In this document: one piece after another, positions 59,711 through 64,000 of the stretch | How positions within the stretch are numbered: the stretch's first letter is position 1 | Layout: each line of letters opens with the position of its first letter | Origin: Stegostoma tigrinum | Taxonomy: Eukaryota | NCBI RefSeq assembly: GCF_030684315.1 | Contig: NC_081370.1 | Location: forward strand, 44,410,728-44,474,727 | Length of the DNA stretch: 64,000 nucleotides | Direction: 5' to 3' | Made by a program: the position numbers and the translations under genes | The notes under the pieces: model-generated | What the model was told of the DNA's origin: nothing | Seen by the model: the letters and a program-made list of their open reading frames with translations, nothing else | Databases searched by the model: none

Positions 59711-60494
59711 ACTAGCTATTTCTTTCAAGCTATTTATTGGAATTTTACTTCTTTGTCCTGTATCGGTATCCTTTTGCATTCATTTGCTTTGCTTCTTTCC
59801 ATGGTTTAAGTCTTCCTATCTCTGTAACTGTCTATAGCTCTACAAAGCCCCAAGTATCAGTGCTCCCCCAACTCTGTTCTCTTGCCCTTCCCTTACATCC
59901 TCTAGTTGTGCCACCATTTGAGTTATGTTTTCAGGTATACAGGTTTTAAGCCATAGAATTTCCTTCCTAAAATGCTTCCAGCTCACTCTCTTTAAATGTG
60001 TACTGTAAAACCTGCCTCTTTAACAAAGCTTATGGTTGCCTGTTCCATTTTCATACCCTCTGGTTCAGATTTTCTCCAGTCTTACTATGTTAATACCACT
60101 GTATAAATACAGTTTTCACCTAAGTATCCAGTTCCCTGTTAAATTGTGTAACAATCAACAGTAAAGGGTTTGATATGTTGCAAGAAATATCCTTTCTGTG
60201 TGAGATTTTGAGCCAGTCCATCAGGAAGAATATCTTCACATAGAAGTTGGTGGAAAACTGTTTTGTTTTCCTTCAAATGTTCAAATTACTTGGATTCAAA
60301 TGAAAGATTTATAATTGCAATTGAAGGATTTATGGGCAAAGGGTTAGGAGTTATCGAATGAAGACAGATAGCTGAAGACACAGAACAGCCATGATCCAAC
60401 TGATGAAACAGGCTGGAGATGCTGAATGGCCTGTTTGTACTGATGTAAGACTGAATAACTACTTGTGATGTTAAAACAAACTGTCATGTTCTAA

Positions 60495-60632
60495 ACAAAA
60501 ACTGACAGAACTGAGGATGCTGTAAATCAGAAACAAAAACAGAAATTGCGAGTAAAGCTCAGCAGGCTTGGCAGCATCTGTGGTGAGAAATCAGAGTTAA
60601 CATGTCGGGTTGAGTGACCCTTCCTCAAAACT
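60495..60632 (-). mobile_element. ~135-bp PLE family B end starting at the hammerhead
   Basis: Reverse complement reads 'agttttgaggaagggtcactcaacccgacatgttaactctg...atttacagcatcctcagttct'. Confidence 0.82.
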
Positions 60633-60854
60633 TGGCAAACTGTGTTTATCCCTTAATTACCTCAACATTTTTTTCTGCATTCGTGTCTATGTTCCTGTGC
60701 TCCAAATTATTTTTTTCCAGTGATAACTCTGAGCAAACTTTCATTCATGCTTCCAATGTTCTTTCTCATTTTGAGAATCTCTATTTCAACTTTTCCCTTC
60801 CATTCTTCTATTCCAGTGTGAAAAGCCTGACAATTCAACTGTTTTTATCATCAA

Positions 60855-61200
60855 TACAGGAGCTGTGGGCCTTGGTGGCTCATCCAGCATTTATTGCCCA
60901 TCCCTAATTACCCATTACGAAGTGGTGGAACCTGCCTTCTCGAACTGCTGTAGTCCATGTGTTGGAGATACACCCACAGAGCTGTTAGGAGTTTTTAGGA
61001 AAGCAAACAGCTGTAAGCAGCTACATACAGTGTTCATGGCTTTATTGGTCATCTGAGGCTACTATAGTCCGGGTTTATCTACACTACTGCAGCGGTTCAA
61101 GAGGCAACTCACCAGCACCTTCTCAAGGACAATTCAGAAAGAGCACTGAATGCTGGTCTAGCCAGCAATACCCACATCTTAGGCATGAATAAAAAAAAAA
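60855..61200. mobile_element. Two L2/CR1-group LINE tails in opposite orientation
   Basis: 'ccagcatttattgcccatccctaatt' (-) at ~60883-60910 and 'gcagcggttcaag..ccttctcaagg..atgctggtctagccagc..aataaaaa' (+). Confidence 0.7.
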
Positions 61201-62954
61201 TTCTTGGCTTATCTATCTGACATCTTTATGCCTTCTTTTAAATGTTTTTCTCCTTGACTACCAAGCATATCAGATAATTGTGCAAAACATAAAGACAGTT
61301 ATGGTGAGAAAGAATGGTTGAGTTAGCAGGAGAACAGAAACAGGTTAGAGGAGCAGACCAAGTCATTGCAGATGAAGCTCAATATAAAAAATGTTTTGCG
61401 CAATCTAATTTGGAGTAAAGAACAATAAAATTGCAAGGTGATTAAGAAAGTTAGGGAGCACATGGTTGCAGATACCAAAGTTCTCATTGCCGTGGAAGCA
61501 CTTCAAAGAAGTTTCACGAGAATAACTCTGGGAATATGGCAGTAATTATAGTTCTAGAGATTTATCAAATATGGCAGTTACATGGGAACATTATCACTGC
61601 AAATTCCCCTCCAAGACATGCACCATACTAACTTGGAGATATATCAATGGTCCTCCACTGTAATTGCACAATTATCTGATACGTTTAGTAGTCAAGGAGG
61701 AAGACATCTAAAAGAAGGCATAAAGATGTCAAATCAATAAGCTAAGTTTTTTTTTTATTCATGCATAAGATGTGGGTATTGCTGGCTGGGCCAGCATTCA
61801 GTGCTCTTTCTGAATTATCCTTGAGAAAGTGGTGATGAGTTGCCTTCTTCAACCACTGCACTCCACTGTAACTTTCTACTATTAAATTACATACTGACAA
61901 TTTTTTTTACCCTACCATGCAATCCTCCTTAACAATGATTTTTGATTACAATAAAAGTACCTCCATGGTGGAATTTAATGTCCTCCCCCTATGGTGAGCT
62001 TAGTGGTAAGGGTATTTAACCAAGCCGGACGGCAGCAGCTGGAAACATTAGAGTGCCACGCTCATTTTAATTAATGGGAAGGCCCATTCACTGTCTTCCT
62101 ATTCAGCCCCTCACGTGGCCAATTAATGCCCCCTTACAGGCCTCAATATGCAGCGACCATGACAAGCAAACCTTGTTAAAGTTTCTTGTAGGCTACCAAG
62201 TGGGGTGGAGGGAGTTACTGTGTCACTCATTCAAGGGCATTCAGTACCTTTATAATTGATTGACTGATGTCAGGAAGGTGAGGGTCCTGTGGTGGACCAA
62301 TCTCAGCTCCTGCTGCTGAGACCCCTCCCTCGTGACCACCATTCCACAACCATTTTCTGCCATCACTCAACTGAAGCCTGCCATCCAGGAACGAACCCGG
62401 ACCTCAGGTGGATGCAGTACCACCAATAGCCACCATCTCCCCAGTGGCGTTGCCGTTCTAATTTGAACTCTATTGACCCACAGCTCCTGGCGGGCAGGGC
62501 GTCTACCATTGGATCCTTGATTCTGGGGAAGACTGTCACGGTCTGGTTAAGAGCCCTGCGTATGTTTCAAGAAGGACTAGGGACCACAGTATTTAAAACA
62601 AAGGAGGTGTTCCCCGTACAAGGCAGCAAACTAGACTAACCTGTTACCCTTCAAAACAGCCACGTGATCAGATTACCATGCCATCTGATCGGATTGTTAA
62701 AATGACAGCCCAACATACTTACATAAATATGCAACAACTCAATACAGTGGTGATTTCCTAAAACAGGGGGATTTCCCTTGTTCTCTAGTTGGGGGAAAGA
62801 GCACAATTGCCAAGCAGCATATCAATGCAAAAAAAATCCCAATCAATGAAACTAAAAATGAAAATATTTGATCCAGGTATCTTATTACAGTACTATACAC
62901 TTGTTTGTCTCTGTGACATCGTATATATATTCATTTAACTATTTAAAGTAGTTT

Positions 62955-63265
62955 GGGTGGCACGGTGGCTCAGTGGTTAGCACTGCAGCCTCACAGCGCC
63001 AGGGACCCAGGTTCAATTCCAGCCTCAGGCGACTGTCTCTGTGGAGTTTGCACATTCTCCACGTATCTGCGTGGGTTTCCTCCGGGTGCTCCGGTTTCCT
63101 CCCACATTCCAAAGATGTGCAGGTTATGTGGATTGGCCATGCTAAATTGCCCGTAGTGTTCAGGGGTGTGTGGATTATAGGGGGATGGGTCTGGGTGGGA
63201 TGCTGCAAAGGGGTAGCGTGGACTTGTTGGGCCAAAGGGCCTGTTTCCACACTGTAGGGAATCTA
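62955..63265 (+). mobile_element. Young, near full-length HE1 SINE
   Basis: Clean A-box 'ggtggctcagtggttag', B-box 'ggttcaattcc', V-domain and CR1-type tail. Confidence 0.95.
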
Positions 63266-63603
63266 ATAAAAAAAAGTAGAAGCAGTAGCATATAGAAAGA
63301 GTTAAACAGTAATGGAAATCAGTAGAATGAATGAGGGATATCTGTTCATTGCTGTCACAGGCTGCAAAGGTGCTTCAAAGTAATGACTTGCAGCTACTGT
63401 GGCGTAATCAGACAAAATGCCAGCTCCAGTACAATCTTCTATTTATCTTGTTGTTTCAGACAAGTAGAGGTTTCGGAGGAAAAACCTTACTGGCCAAAAC
63501 CTTTTTGATGTGTTTGATCCTCCTGTAGCAAGGATGGAAAATTCCAGTCACCCAAAAAGCCTACACTAAATTAGTTTCCAGCTTTGGTGAATTTAAGGAG
63601 TAC

Positions 63604-63721
63604 AAGAAGGGTCCCAACCTGAAACGTCAAACTTTCCTGCTCCTCTGATGCTGCTTGGCCTGTGTTCATTCAGCTTCACACCATGTTATCTCAGATTCTC
63701 CAGCATCGGCAGTTCCTACTA
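63604..63721 (+). mobile_element. ~120-bp PLE end flanked by a 41-bp direct repeat
   Basis: 63563-63603 and 63722-63762 are 39/41 identical. Confidence 0.9.
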
Positions 63722-64000
63722 ACACTGAATTAGTTTGCAGCTTTGGTGAATTTAAGGAGTACTTTTCAACTAGTTAGTATCTTTAGTCTGTTTATTCCTT
63801 CATTACTTATCCTTCATAGTTTTCTTGCTTACCACAGCTGTATCCTCTTTGCCTCATTTCAGTTAACTACCATCTCCTTTGTGCAAAAAAAACTTTATTT
63901 CGCAGAATAATTTTCATTTTATGGTGTGAGAAATTCATATGTATTAATGACTTACTTGAGAACATTTCTTTTGTGGACATTTCCATTCCAATACAAACAT

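Noticed and set aside
62955-63030. tRNA gene
   Set aside because: A and B boxes belong to the HE1 SINE head; no full cloverleaf
1-64000. CRISPR array or prokaryotic operon
   Set aside because: Repeats are dispersed vertebrate transposon fragments with no regular repeat-spacer period and no gene-dense structure

Overview
This is repeat-rich eukaryotic DNA, almost certainly from an elasmobranch (shark-type HE1 V-SINEs and HER1/CR1 LINEs are present). I found no host protein-coding exon I can support, so it looks like a large intron or intergenic region. It contains many decayed CR1 LINEs (one long copy keeps ORF1 esterase motifs), RTE, Rex1/Babar and L2/CR1-group LINE pieces, several SINE families, solo LTRs with 5-bp TSDs, a fossil PIF/Harbinger transposase and MITEs. 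The most striking signal is about 20 insertions derived from Penelope-like elements (PLEs) of at least two families, most carrying all or part of a minimal hammerhead ribozyme (CTGAWGA-stem II-GAAAC-GTH). One is a 2-kb inverted pair encoding a GIY-YIG endonuclease. Most are 50-210 bp, and their 5' ends cluster on the ribozyme motif. Seven are hairpins with one long arm and one arm shorter by a fixed ~33-nt tail, usually flanked by TSDs. All calls were made by eye; coordinates of old repeats are approximate and family names need database confirmation.
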